Shown here: one piece after another, positions 16,023-24,420 of the stretch
Numbering within the stretch: position 1 is the first letter of the stretch
Layout: each line of letters starts with the position of its first letter
IMG/VR virus record: IMGVR_UViG_3300044831_000011
Span: 1 to 59,696 of that record
Length of the DNA: 59,696 nucleotides
Strand: one strand, 5' to 3'
Source: a virus
Taxonomy: Duplodnaviria > Caudoviricetes
Made by a program: the position numbers and the translations under genes
Notes under the pieces: model-generated
The model's database searches: none
What the model saw: only the letters and a program-made list of their open reading frames with translations
Told to the model about the DNA's origin: nothing

Positions 16023-17489
16023 ATGCTCCCGAACTCACAAAACGGAATTAAGCCTCGCATTTCTGTCATCAGCGTTTGCTCTGGCATCGGTACTGATGCT
16101 GTAGCGTGGCAGCCGCTTGGCTGGAAGCATCTTTGCTTTGCCGAGATTGAGAAATTCCCCAGCGCGGTACTCGCGCATCACTGGCCGCATGTAATCAACC
16201 GTGGCGATTTCACAAAAATTGGAGATGAATACCGTGGAGCAGCAGACCTTCTGGTTGGCGGAACACCTTGCCAGTCTTTCAGTGTCGCCGGTCTCAGAGG
16301 CGGATTGGCAGATGATCGTGGCAACCTGGCCCTCGAATTTCTTAGGCTTGCTGACCGCACACGGCCCCGATGGGTGGTCTGGGAGAACGTCCCTGGCGTG
16401 TTGTCGAGCGATGGAGGACGGGACTTTGGTTCCATTCTCGGAGGGCTGGGGAAACTCGGGTACGGGTGGGCCTACAGAATCCTGGACGCTCAATACTTCG
16501 GAGTTCCACAGCGCCGCCGTCGCGTCTTCGTTGTCGGATGTCTTGGAGACTGGCGACGTGCCGCAGCGGTACTTTTTGAGCGCCACAGCCTGCAAGGGAA
16601 TCATCCGCCGAGCCGAGAAAAGGGGCAAGGATTTACCCATGAACTTGCGCCGGGCATTGGAGCAAGTGGCAGAGGGTTCGAGCGGGCAGGAGAAACACGC
16701 GGACAAGATCCAGTAGTAGCGGAGGAATTATGCCGACCATTTGCGATGGATGCAATGTTAGACCGCCATTTGAGCACAGATGCCACGGTGACCGATCATT
16801 TGTCGCCGGGGAGTCAACTGGATTGCAGTGCGAGTGCCAAGAGTGCAAAGAGCCAAGCCCGGAAGAACTCGCTGAGTTCGAAAAGTCGCTTAAATCCTGA
16901 GGTCTCCGGTGCCGTATCTTCCAAATGGGCCAAAGGAACCGGAGGGCCGTCAGGAGATGAATGCTACAACCTCGTAGCTCACCCACTCCGCGGCGATGGC
17001 TTCGATGCCTCAGAAGATGGCACTGGCAGAGGAACGCCGCTTATCGCAGCGGCACTGAAAGCTAATAGTGGCCGGAACAAAATTGAATCGCAATATCTCG
17101 CCATTCGCACAGCCCAGACCTCAGTCAATGGCCACGGAGTAGCAGAAGACGTTGCGCACACCTTGGACGGCGCACAAGGGCAGGCCGTCTGCTTCCACGA
17201 AAACCAGAGAGCAGAAGTCACGCTAAACGATACCGCAGGAAGCCTGAAGGTAGGCGGCGGTAAACCGGGACAGGGATACCCGGCAGTTCAAAGTGGCATG
17301 GCCGTCCGCAGACTAACTCCCCGAGAATGTGAGCGCCTCCAGGGACTACCCGATGACTTTACTTTAGTTCCCTTCAATGGAAAGACAGCTTCAGATGGTC
17401 CGCGATACAAAGCCATAGGCAACGGTATGGCAATGCCAGTCCTGCGCTGGATTGGTGAACGCATCGCCGCTGTAGAGGGTGCCCTGTGA
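16023..17489 (+). CDS. dcm: C5 cytosine DNA methyltransferase with modular variable region
   Basis: CSGIG, GGTPCQSFS, WENVPG, QRRRRVF, RRLTPRECERLQG, YKAIGN. Confidence 0.95.
   Translation: MLPNSQNGIKPRISVISVCSGIGTDAVAWQPLGWKHLCFAEIEKFPSAVLAHHWPHVINRGDFTKIGDEYRGAADLLVGGTPCQSFSVAGLRGGLADDRGNLALEFLRLADRTRPRWVVWENVPGVLSSDGGRDFGSILGGLGKLGYGWAYRILDAQYFGVPQRRRRVFVVGCLGDWRRAAAVLFERHSLQGNHPPSREKGQGFTHELAPGIGASGRGFERAGETRGQDPVVAEELCRPFAMDAMLDRHLSTDATVTDHLSPGSQLDCSASAKSAKSQARKNSLSSKSRLNPEVSGAVSSKWAKGTGGPSGDECYNLVAHPLRGDGFDASEDGTGRGTPLIAAALKANSGRNKIESQYLAIRTAQTSVNGHGVAEDVAHTLDGAQGQAVCFHENQRAEVTLNDTAGSLKVGGGKPGQGYPAVQSGMAVRRLTPRECERLQGLPDDFTLVPFNGKTASDGPRYKAIGNGMAMPVLRWIGERIAAVEGAL
16225..16716 (+). CDS. 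Nested out-of-frame gene in dcm (M.EcoHK31I beta-like arrangement)
   Basis: Stop-free +1 frame of about 164 aa ending in SLSDVLETGDVPQRYFLSATACKGIIRRAEKRGK. Confidence 0.65.
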   Translation: MNTVEQQTFWLAEHLASLSVSPVSEADWQMIVATWPSNFLGLLTAHGPDGWSGRTSLACCRAMEDGTLVPFSEGWGNSGTGGPTESWTLNTSEFHSAAVASSLSDVLETGDVPQRYFLSATACKGIIRRAEKRGKDLPMNLRRALEQVAEGSSGQEKHADKIQ

Positions 17490-18085
17490 AGCCGCGCACC
17501 GTACCAGCGCGCATGTCCGCTAAGCGCCGCGCCCAATTTGAGGCTGAGGGCCGGATTCCGTTTTCTACTATTCAGCGTAAACAAGTTTCCTGCGGCAGCA
17601 CGGAAGGACGTGCAGGGGAAAAACCACAGTACGGACTGACGCACTGGCGTGGATCGCGTAAAGCGGTTAAATCGGCTCAGCCGACGGCCATTACTTCGAT
17701 AGTTGAATCTAATGGTCGCATTCACGAACAACCGGAGGCAGCGCACGGAAACGGGTGCCCAAAGAGCCGGTATCAAGCCCGGTCCGCAGGGAAGCCCCGT
17801 AAGCCCATCCCATCCCGCAAGAAGCGCCCACGTCCTGTTTCTAAAACTCAGCGCCTTCGCCTGAAAGCCCTAAAACTCATCCGCGATAGATGGTGGGCAG
17901 AGGGTAAGCGTACCTGCGGGATCTGCGGGAAAGAAATCCTTGAGCGCGACGAGTACACGCTAGACCACATAGAGCCAGGATCGGCGAAGTCTGACGCTGA
18001 AGACAATCTTCAGCCGGCGCACTTCTATTGCAATGTGTTCTTAAAGGGTTCAAAGAGAAATTTCACATTGAAAGGGAAACCATGA
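17486..18085 (+). CDS. HNH endonuclease with basic N-terminus, interrupted in frame by a tRNA-like element
   Basis: CGICG...TLDHIEP...NLQPAHFYCN..KGS. Confidence 0.8.
   Translation: MKPRTVPARMSAKRRAQFEAEGRIPFSTIQRKQVSCGSTEGRAGEKPQYGLTHWRGSRKAVKSAQPTAITSIVESNGRIHEQPEAAHGNGCPKSRYQARSAGKPRKPIPSRKKRPRPVSKTQRLRLKALKLIRDRWWAEGKRTCGICGKEILERDEYTLDHIEPGSAKSDAEDNLQPAHFYCNVFLKGSKRNFTLKGKP
17589..17790 (+). ncRNA. tRNA-like RNA, copy A
   Basis: CCTGCGG-CA-GCAC[GGAAGGAC]GTGC ... A-GCCGG[TATCAAGC]CCGGT-CCGCAGG; interior of about 150 nt with several hairpins. Confidence 0.7.
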
Positions 18086-18127
18086 AAACGGAAACGCCCG
18101 GTATCACGAACGAAAGCAGGCTTGAAA

Positions 18128-18328
18128 ATGACAGGACAAGATAAACTACGACGCTGTTCCACCAGAACATGCAAGAAATACGCGGTTGCGGTTGTTTGGA
18201 ATACCTCAACAACACGTAAGCGGAGAGTATGCAATTTATGCGCTATTGACCTGATGAAAACCCGCGAATGGGTAATTACAAAACCAGCCACCAAGGATGA
18301 AACAGAAGATGCCAGGGGGTGTATTTAA
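18128..18328 (+). CDS. Small Cys-rich protein
   Basis: C....C...CNLC. Confidence 0.5.
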   Translation: MTGQDKLRRCSTRTCKKYAVAVVWNTSTTRKRRVCNLCAIDLMKTREWVITKPATKDETEDARGCI

Positions 18329-18331
18329 GCT

Positions 18332-18865
18332 ATGACTAAGCCCGGTATCACGCCCACGCCCGCGAAAATGCACACTCCTACGCCTTGGTCATTTTGTGAC
18401 CGATCAAAACACGGCGGCATGGCTTCTACCGAAAGCGATATTCCTTTCTCTATTTATCGCAATCTTGGTGGTTGCGTGGAGCCAATTGCTGATATCTGCA
18501 ACTTCCCGCCATCTACCGAAGCGCACACCGAAAGACAGAGGGCCAATGCTGCCTTGATTGTCGAAGCCGTAAACTCTCACGCCTCTCTGGTATCCCGCGT
18601 CACTGAGCTGGAAGCGGGTTTGTCCGAAATGGAGGAAGCGTGGAAAGCTGATTTAAAGCAGTGGGGCGAGGAGCAAAAAGAAAGAAACGACAGAATAGGG
18701 TTGCTGGAGAAGGCGCTGGCAACATACGGCAACCACATGAAAAGCTGCCCTGTTTACCAGAACTGGAGAACGCGGAATCCTAGCACTGGACTATGGGAAG
18801 ACAAGCCTTGCGATTGCGGATTCACTGAGGCACTTGAGGCCAAAGCTGCACTGGAGAACAAATGA
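18332..18865 (+). CDS. HTPxPW-family phage protein with coiled coil
   Basis: HTPTPW and ANAALIVEAVN; paralogue of 11146-11580. Confidence 0.7.
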   Translation: MTKPGITPTPAKMHTPTPWSFCDRSKHGGMASTESDIPFSIYRNLGGCVEPIADICNFPPSTEAHTERQRANAALIVEAVNSHASLVSRVTELEAGLSEMEEAWKADLKQWGEEQKERNDRIGLLEKALATYGNHMKSCPVYQNWRTRNPSTGLWEDKPCDCGFTEALEAKAALENK

Positions 18866-19173
18866 AGCCAAAAAAACATTATCTCTGTCCCGGCTGCGAT
18901 CAGCCGATGCTTCCAAAGGGCGAGGAAAAGGTCAAGGATTTTTATGACCATGCCACCGGATGCCCTCTGAGTTATGCGCCCGTATATCTTGAGCGCGAAA
19001 CGGCCTCTCTGGCAGAGAGAGTGCGGACGCTGGAAGAAATTTTGCAGCGAATAGAGTCCGTTATTGCATCGGCAGAAATGGGCAAAAGGGCAATCGCGCT
19101 CGACCAAATCCACGAAATCATTACCGAGGCCCGCGCTGAGTCCGTTCTCTCCTCTGAAGGGGAATCGAAATGA
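18862..19173 (+). CDS. Hypothetical protein
   Basis: Coupled ORF; CPGC...HATGC. Confidence 0.65.
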   Translation: MKPKKHYLCPGCDQPMLPKGEEKVKDFYDHATGCPLSYAPVYLERETASLAERVRTLEEILQRIESVIASAEMGKRAIALDQIHEIITEARAESVLSSEGESK

Positions 19174-19352
19174 AACGAGCCAGAAATCTTGAGGCGGCAA
19201 CTGATCTATTGGAGTTTGGCATGAAAGTCAGACATAACGGATTGAATGAAATTCTCACGCCTGAGGCTTTGATGGCATTGTTTTTATTGTTCGGAAGCAA
19301 AATGTGGAAGCTTGGGGCCGAACCTGCCCCGCATGAGGAGGGAAGAAAGTGA
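19170..19352 (+). CDS. Hypothetical protein
   Basis: Coupled ORF. Confidence 0.5.
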   Translation: MKRARNLEAATDLLEFGMKVRHNGLNEILTPEALMALFLLFGSKMWKLGAEPAPHEEGRK

Positions 19353-19558
19353 TGATGTACATGGTTGTTTGCTGCGATAAGTGCTTCGTCACGCTGGAAA
19401 CCACAAATACCAGTTTGTTGAAGGCTGAAAAGTTGGCAATCGAAAAGGATTGGGACTTGACCGGAGATGGCGAGTTCTGCCCCTCGTGCGCCGATAAATT
19501 GCAGAAGAAAAAAGAAGCTGCATTGCGGGGCGCGGCCACTCAAGGAGATACGGAATGA
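19349..19558 (+). CDS. Zinc-ribbon protein
   Basis: CDKC...W......CPSC. Confidence 0.65.
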   Translation: MMMYMVVCCDKCFVTLETTNTSLLKAEKLAIEKDWDLTGDGEFCPSCADKLQKKKEAALRGAATQGDTE

Positions 19559-19854
19559 TTGATTTTCCAGATGACGAACTAGAGTTCCGACTTTGCTGGA
19601 CTTCCAAGGCCAGTGAAGTTTCAACATATGCCGGGTGTCGCAACATGGCAGAGAATGCGGCTTCTACTGCCTACATTCGCAAGCGCGATGATGTAGCTGA
19701 ATCCATGCGCAATCTTGCTACTTCTTTCCAGGCTCTGGAGCAAACCGCAACTTCCGAACTGCGCGAATACATCAAGGAAGATCAGCGCCGGGAGTATGAG
19801 TTCCGCTCAAAGATGAAAGCAGCGCGCCCAAAACTAACTGCGGAAAGGGGCTGA
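19555..19854 (+). CDS. Hypothetical protein
   Basis: Coupled ORF. Confidence 0.6.
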   Translation: MIDFPDDELEFRLCWTSKASEVSTYAGCRNMAENAASTAYIRKRDDVAESMRNLATSFQALEQTATSELREYIKEDQRREYEFRSKMKAARPKLTAERG

Positions 19855-19892
19855 TATGGCGACTACACCGGAGCAGAAAAGGAGGAATAGAA

Positions 19893-20342
19893 GTGAATGT
19901 GATCCCCATTTCGATTAGCGATGCGTGTGAGTTTGTCCGGCGCGTCCATAGGCATCACAAGCCTCCGCAGGGAGCTAAATTCGCCATTGCCATTGAGGAA
20001 GCAGGGCAGGTTTGCGGAGTTTCGATTGTGGGCAGGCCAGTATCTCGGCACTTGGATGATGGGTGGACGGCTGAAGTAACGCGGCTGGCCACAGATGGCA
20101 GAAAGAACGCTTGCTCAATGCTTTACTCCGCAAGTTGGCGAGCTGCCAGAGCGATGGGTTATCGGCGCATGGTGACTTACATCCTGCAATCTGAAACAGG
20201 AACTAGCTTAATTGCGGCGGGATGGAAGCTGATTTCAGAATGCGGCGGCGGATCGTGGAGCAGAACATCGCGGCCCAGAATCGACAAGGCACCATTGCAA
20301 AATAAAATCAGATTTGAAGTAAAGCAGGAGCGTGAACCATGA
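19893..20342 (+). CDS. XF1762-family / Mom-like GNAT-fold protein
   Basis: HRHH, GRPVSR.LDDG, EVTRL.TDG..NACS.LY, TYIL..E.G.SL.AAGW. Confidence 0.8.
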   Translation: MNVIPISISDACEFVRRVHRHHKPPQGAKFAIAIEEAGQVCGVSIVGRPVSRHLDDGWTAEVTRLATDGRKNACSMLYSASWRAARAMGYRRMVTYILQSETGTSLIAAGWKLISECGGGSWSRTSRPRIDKAPLQNKIRFEVKQEREP

Positions 20343-20512
20343 ACCTGACACCGGAGCAGTTTTTATCTAAGCGCAAGAGAAAACCTTCAGACGTTCTCTC
20401 TGGCCATGAAATTGAATCGTTCGGCGGGTTGCAGCGCGATTGGGACAATGCCATTAATAAATATCGAACCGCAACTAAACCAAAGAAGCGGGAGGCCCGT
20501 GATGCCGGATGA
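20339..20512 (+). CDS. Hypothetical protein (57 aa, not in the ORF track)
   Basis: MNLTPEQFLSK...; ATGA coupling and AGGAG SD. Confidence 0.55.
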   Translation: MNLTPEQFLSKRKRKPSDVLSGHEIESFGGLQRDWDNAINKYRTATKPKKREARDAG

Positions 20513-20723
20513 ACGCCCCAAAAAGACTAAGCCCAAATGGTCATTCGATGGCCTATATGTTTGGGATAACTCCATCGTCGGAACCGTTTCTCAAGCGCCA
20601 AATAAATATTGGTACGCCCATGGTTGCGAGGATGAATGGGAAGATGTGCGACTAGGCTCATTCGATAAAGAACGGGATGCCAAGAAAACCGTCGAACGTT
20701 GGGTAAAGGAGAATTGCGAATGA
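20502..20723 (+). CDS. Hypothetical protein
   Basis: MPDERP start with GGAGG SD. Confidence 0.6.
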   Translation: MPDERPKKTKPKWSFDGLYVWDNSIVGTVSQAPNKYWYAHGCEDEWEDVRLGSFDKERDAKKTVERWVKENCE

Positions 20724-21025
20724 ACGTGCCGGATGAACGCCTGAGAGCCGCAGCCGATCTTATACGAAAGATTCAAGCCTGTGATATTTCAGATTGTCTG
20801 CTTTGCGCTGAGCAAGCGGAGTTGGTAGCTCGCTTCGCCAAAGAACGCGAGGACTCCGCTATGCGGGAAGCAGCGGGGCTGGTGTGCGGACTATGCGGTA
20901 ATCAGACGATAGCTAAAGCGCAACTATTTGGCAATGTTTGGGGCCATCCTGTGGGAAGAGATAATTATGTGCCTTGCAAAGCCGCTCCGATCTACGAACA
21001 TCTGGCAAGGAAAGGCGATCTATGA
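20720..21025 (+). CDS. Cys-rich hypothetical protein
   Basis: AAGGAG SD; coupled. Confidence 0.6.
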   Translation: MNVPDERLRAAADLIRKIQACDISDCLLCAEQAELVARFAKEREDSAMREAAGLVCGLCGNQTIAKAQLFGNVWGHPVGRDNYVPCKAAPIYEHLARKGDL

Positions 21026-21327
21026 AAATCAGTTTATTGGTTTTGTTGGTGATTCTTGTTGGGTGTGATCCGGTTACGAGAACTAGGCCGGTCGGAGAAT
21101 CAAAAATAGTTACCGTTGAAGAAAGCTGCACTCATTTTAGCTATTGCTTTACGTGTATGCCCGGATTCGACGGAAAGAATGAATGCGGATATAAAGCATC
21201 ATCTCTCTGTCCCGGAAACCAGAAGGTTCAAATATCTATTACGCCGATGGAACTAACTCGCAAAAGTGGAAAGACAGAAATTGAGCAACAGCGGCGGACG
21301 ATCAAAGAAATTACTGCATGTGAATAA
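21022..21327 (+). CDS. Lipoprotein
   Basis: MKISLLVLLVILVG-C lipobox. Confidence 0.7.
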   Translation: MKISLLVLLVILVGCDPVTRTRPVGESKIVTVEESCTHFSYCFTCMPGFDGKNECGYKASSLCPGNQKVQISITPMELTRKSGKTEIEQQRRTIKEITACE

Positions 21328-21355
21328 AAGCGGGGCGCGGAGAGAAGGGGAAACA

Positions 21356-22219
21356 ATGATTTGTAAGCACTGTCACAAACCAGTCGAACTGGTGAAGCGA
21401 GAAGTCTTTATGCACGAAGGCAATTCGCATTTATGCGCTCCGTGGACAAACTCAAAAACAGTTGCCGAACCAGCGGAGCCAGTACCAGTAGCAGCCGCAC
21501 CGCAGCCGTTGTGTGTACCTTTTGGGTGTCTTACTGAAGATGAATGTCGTACTGCAAATAGATGTCTAGGCAAGCCCCCAGCCCCAGCCGATAGTACGCC
21601 ACCCAGGGAACCACATTTGGATTGTGAAGATTACGGTTGCGAGTCCGGCAGTATGCCACCCAAGTGTGACTGTACTGCTGGCAAGAAAGCGGCCATTTAT
21701 AAACATGACCCCAAGTGTGCGTGGGTGAAATGGATAATAAATCCTACGCCCGAGTCCGGCATTACGCGCACAGAGCCGCCAAAGTGGGCAGAATGTGGAT
21801 TGACCAAGGATGAGCACGACGACCCCAAGCAATTCATTGCCGCAGCGCCACGTACTCAAGGGAGCGAACTCGCACGAGCAGAGGAAGCAGAGAAGATTGC
21901 CAGCAATGGGCTAGATGAAATTCGTCGATTAACGGAAGAAGTTGTCAGACTGAAAGAAGCCCAGCCTCAGCCAACTCCGCGTGCACCAGTTTGCCTTTGG
22001 TGCGAGCAAGGCAACAAGCCAGTTCATCGCTTGCAAGATGGCCGATGGCTTCAGCCGTGTACCGCCATCCCAGCCCAAAATTCAGATTTCTACACAGCCA
22101 TGAAAGAGCGGTTGCAATCCTGGCAGACCGATATTGTGCATGTGAGTGTAGTGCTCAAGCTGATGGAAGAGTTGGCCCCAGCGGCCACAGATGAGGAGAA
22201 AGGGAGCAAACAACAATGA
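21356..22219 (+). CDS. Mosaic Cys/Pro-rich hypothetical protein
   Basis: Several short Cys/His modules joined by Pro-rich linkers. Confidence 0.6.
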   Translation: MICKHCHKPVELVKREVFMHEGNSHLCAPWTNSKTVAEPAEPVPVAAAPQPLCVPFGCLTEDECRTANRCLGKPPAPADSTPPREPHLDCEDYGCESGSMPPKCDCTAGKKAAIYKHDPKCAWVKWIINPTPESGITRTEPPKWAECGLTKDEHDDPKQFIAAAPRTQGSELARAEEAEKIASNGLDEIRRLTEEVVRLKEAQPQPTPRAPVCLWCEQGNKPVHRLQDGRWLQPCTAIPAQNSDFYTAMKERLQSWQTDIVHVSVVLKLMEELAPAATDEEKGSKQQ

Positions 22220-22839
22220 GCCGTAGAGATATGCACACTGTACCTGACAAAGAAGCCATCGAGCGCAACAAGAGCCGTGAGCCATTGGGCGAACAATGCC
22301 GTGCTGAATTGATTGGCTGGATAAACCGATGGGGAATTGTGGGAGTCTTGCTGGATACAGAGGAGCACTGCATAGCCATCGACAGCGTTAGATTGCCGCC
22401 CGACATAAAGCCAATACTCACCCATTGCGGATCAATCTACGTGAAAGACGATGGTTCGGCCATCCCAGCCGCACAGCCCGCGCTGGGGGCCGGGGAGCAC
22501 AACTGTCCATCTTGTGGAAGATGGCATGACATTCTTAATACTCCCACTAAAAAACCGGGATGCGAAATAAATACTCAATCCAGTATGCAGTATGTGGGCA
22601 TGAAGCTCTATTCAGGAGATGCCACGTTGCAAGAAGTTTTGGAGTGGATGGTTGACGGCGGTTCTGCTGTGTCGCTTAACTTTGGCGAGGATACGGGGCT
22701 CTGGGAATGCTCATGGATTACATGGGGCGAGAGGTTTACAGGCGTTCAAAAATTAGTGCGAATGGCCGTGCTTGAATCACTCAATAAGGCGTTTGCGCGA
22801 GCTGTCGAACTTGGGCCACCAAAGGAAAGGGAATTATGA
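22216..22839 (+). CDS. Hypothetical protein
   Basis: Coupled ORF. Confidence 0.6.
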   Translation: MSRRDMHTVPDKEAIERNKSREPLGEQCRAELIGWINRWGIVGVLLDTEEHCIAIDSVRLPPDIKPILTHCGSIYVKDDGSAIPAAQPALGAGEHNCPSCGRWHDILNTPTKKPGCEINTQSSMQYVGMKLYSGDATLQEVLEWMVDGGSAVSLNFGEDTGLWECSWITWGERFTGVQKLVRMAVLESLNKAFARAVELGPPKEREL

Positions 22840-23105
22840 ACGAAGATAAAACCGTAGCACAGCCCGCGCCGGGGTGGATCAGCGTGAAAACAAAATATCC
22901 CGTTAAAGCTGTTCCGGTTTGCGAAGACGACGCGCCGCCGCAATATCTCTGCTTCACTGTTATTGGCGGCGAAGAGGATCAAGAGGTTTGCGAGTGGATA
23001 TGCGGCAAGTTCTACGACTACGGCGGAACTGATGTAACCAGCCGTGTTACCCACTGGCAACCACTGGCTGCACCACCTGAGCCTGCGCCGGGGGACACGA
23101 AGTGA
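22836..23105 (+). CDS. DUF551-like protein
   Basis: WISVK...P and VTHWQPL..PP. Confidence 0.75.
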   Translation: MNEDKTVAQPAPGWISVKTKYPVKAVPVCEDDAPPQYLCFTVIGGEEDQEVCEWICGKFYDYGGTDVTSRVTHWQPLAAPPEPAPGDTK

Positions 23106-23596
23106 GCAACTCGCTTTTTGATATGTCGGTTGCCAGTTTTCGCCCGATACCTTTAAGCGAAGCCAATGATGCGCTTTGTAAGTGGCAGCACAAGATGGGC
23201 GCACTCCATCGTGGCAATCAAGGTGCTGTATGCCATGGCCTGTTCCATGGGGAGAAATTGGTAGCCGTGACAACTGTATCGACGTTAATAGCGCCCCGTG
23301 TTGGAGGCGGACTCATAGAATTGACGCGACAGAACTGCTGTGAGTTATCTCGCTTATGTGCGGAGAGAAGCGGACTTTGCAGGGTAGCCATACGACTTTG
23401 GAGGGAGTTCGTTTTCCCCGCGCTTGGCTACCAATTCGCAATTTCTTATCAGGATGCCGACTTGCACAGCGGAAACACATATCGCTTCGACGGATGGCGG
23501 AGAGCTGCCTACGCGAGAAGCGGAAAAGACACCAGAAGCCAGAGGCCCGGAAGAAACAAATGGGTATGGATTTGGTGCGCGCCGGGGGAGGAGTAA
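23102..23596 (+). CDS. Second Mom-like GNAT-fold protein
   Basis: I.L.EAN..L..W.H, ELSRLC, ISYQD...HSG.TYR..GW. Confidence 0.7.
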   Translation: MSNSLFDMSVASFRPIPLSEANDALCKWQHKMGALHRGNQGAVCHGLFHGEKLVAVTTVSTLIAPRVGGGLIELTRQNCCELSRLCAERSGLCRVAIRLWREFVFPALGYQFAISYQDADLHSGNTYRFDGWRRAAYARSGKDTRSQRPGRNKWVWIWCAPGEE

Positions 23597-23601
23597 CCGA
23601 A

Positions 23602-23859
23602 ATGAGCCAACAACTGCGTAATTTACAAGCCAATATAGCGGACTCTCTTGAAGACATTCGCGAGCTGTTCTTGGGCGATCCAAAAATAACTTTGATCGTC
23701 CGCAACCCAAATGTAGAGGATGGCGACGTGATTTTATCGGATGACGATTTTGAACTGGCCATCGCCGCAATACGCCATCTTCAGGCGAAGGCGGCACACA
23801 CATTTCCGCCCACAGGTCAACGCGCGGCCGCACCCCCAGCAGCCCACAAGGAGACGTAG
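23602..23859 (+). CDS. Hypothetical protein
   Basis: MSQQLRN start with GGAGGAG SD. Confidence 0.65.
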   Translation: MSQQLRNLQANIADSLEDIRELFLGDPKITLIVRNPNVEDGDVILSDDDFELAIAAIRHLQAKAAHTFPPTGQRAAAPPAAHKET

Positions 23860-24033
23860 ATGAGCGCGAACTCAATACAGGAAGTATTTCCCGATGACGC
23901 GCAAGCCCCAAGCTGCCACGTATGCGGAGCGGAGATGGTGAAGCGTGGACAATGGGGAGGAAAGCATAAAACCCATGAAAACGATTACGCTTACGATTGC
24001 ATGGCCTGCGGAGCCACAACTGGATGCACCTAA
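23860..24033 (+). CDS. Zinc-ribbon peptide resembling the class II RNR (NrdJ) C-terminal tail
   Basis: APSCHVCGAEMVKRG...YDCMACGATTGCT; AAGGAG SD. Confidence 0.65.
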   Translation: MSANSIQEVFPDDAQAPSCHVCGAEMVKRGQWGGKHKTHENDYAYDCMACGATTGCT

Positions 24034-24037
24034 ACGC

Positions 24038-24064
24038 AAAAAGGGGCAGCTCCATAGCCGCCCG
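24038..24064 (-). terminator. Intrinsic terminator ending the late/lysis operon
   Basis: GGGCGGCT-ATGG-AGCTGCCC then CTTTTT on the minus strand. Confidence 0.7.
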
Positions 24065-24081
24065 TTGGGGGAGAAAAGGCT

Positions 24082-24420
24082 TTAGCTTTCGGGGAGCACT
24101 GGGGCTGGTTTTGGGAGCACCGCCATTGCCTGTTCATGATTATCATCCTTCACGCTATGCGCCAGGACAAAGCCCATGATGATACCAATGAAGCTCATGT
24201 ATGTGGGATCTAGCCGATGGAACCAGTGCATGATGGTTCCCATGAGCGTAAAGAACGCCAAAAATGTTGTGGTGCGGCCCTGTAGCGCGCTAAAAAGTGG
24301 ATTTCCGCCCGTCGACGTCACCCCTGGCAGATTGGCGTGTACTTGAGAGGTGGCGTCGACCATTGGCGTATGGTTGCGGTCGACGTCACCCCTGGGTATC
24401 AAAGTTTCAGCCGCGCTCAT
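24082..24420 (-). CDS. Holin-like membrane protein
   Basis: Two TM segments; lysis module. Confidence 0.5.
   Translation of the reverse strand: MSAAETLIPRGDVDRNHTPMVDATSQVHANLPGVTSTGGNPLFSALQGRTTTFLAFFTLMGTIMHWFHRLDPTYMSFIGIIMGFVLAHSVKDDNHEQAMAVLPKPAPVLPES

Noticed and set aside
17766-17783. Twister ribozyme (GCCGGTATCAAGCCCGG resembles twister P4/L4)
   Set aside because: Could not place P1/P2, the UAA cleavage strand or the matching GAGNN segment in either copy. The tRNA-like acceptor and D arms explain the context better. A self-cleavage test would settle it.
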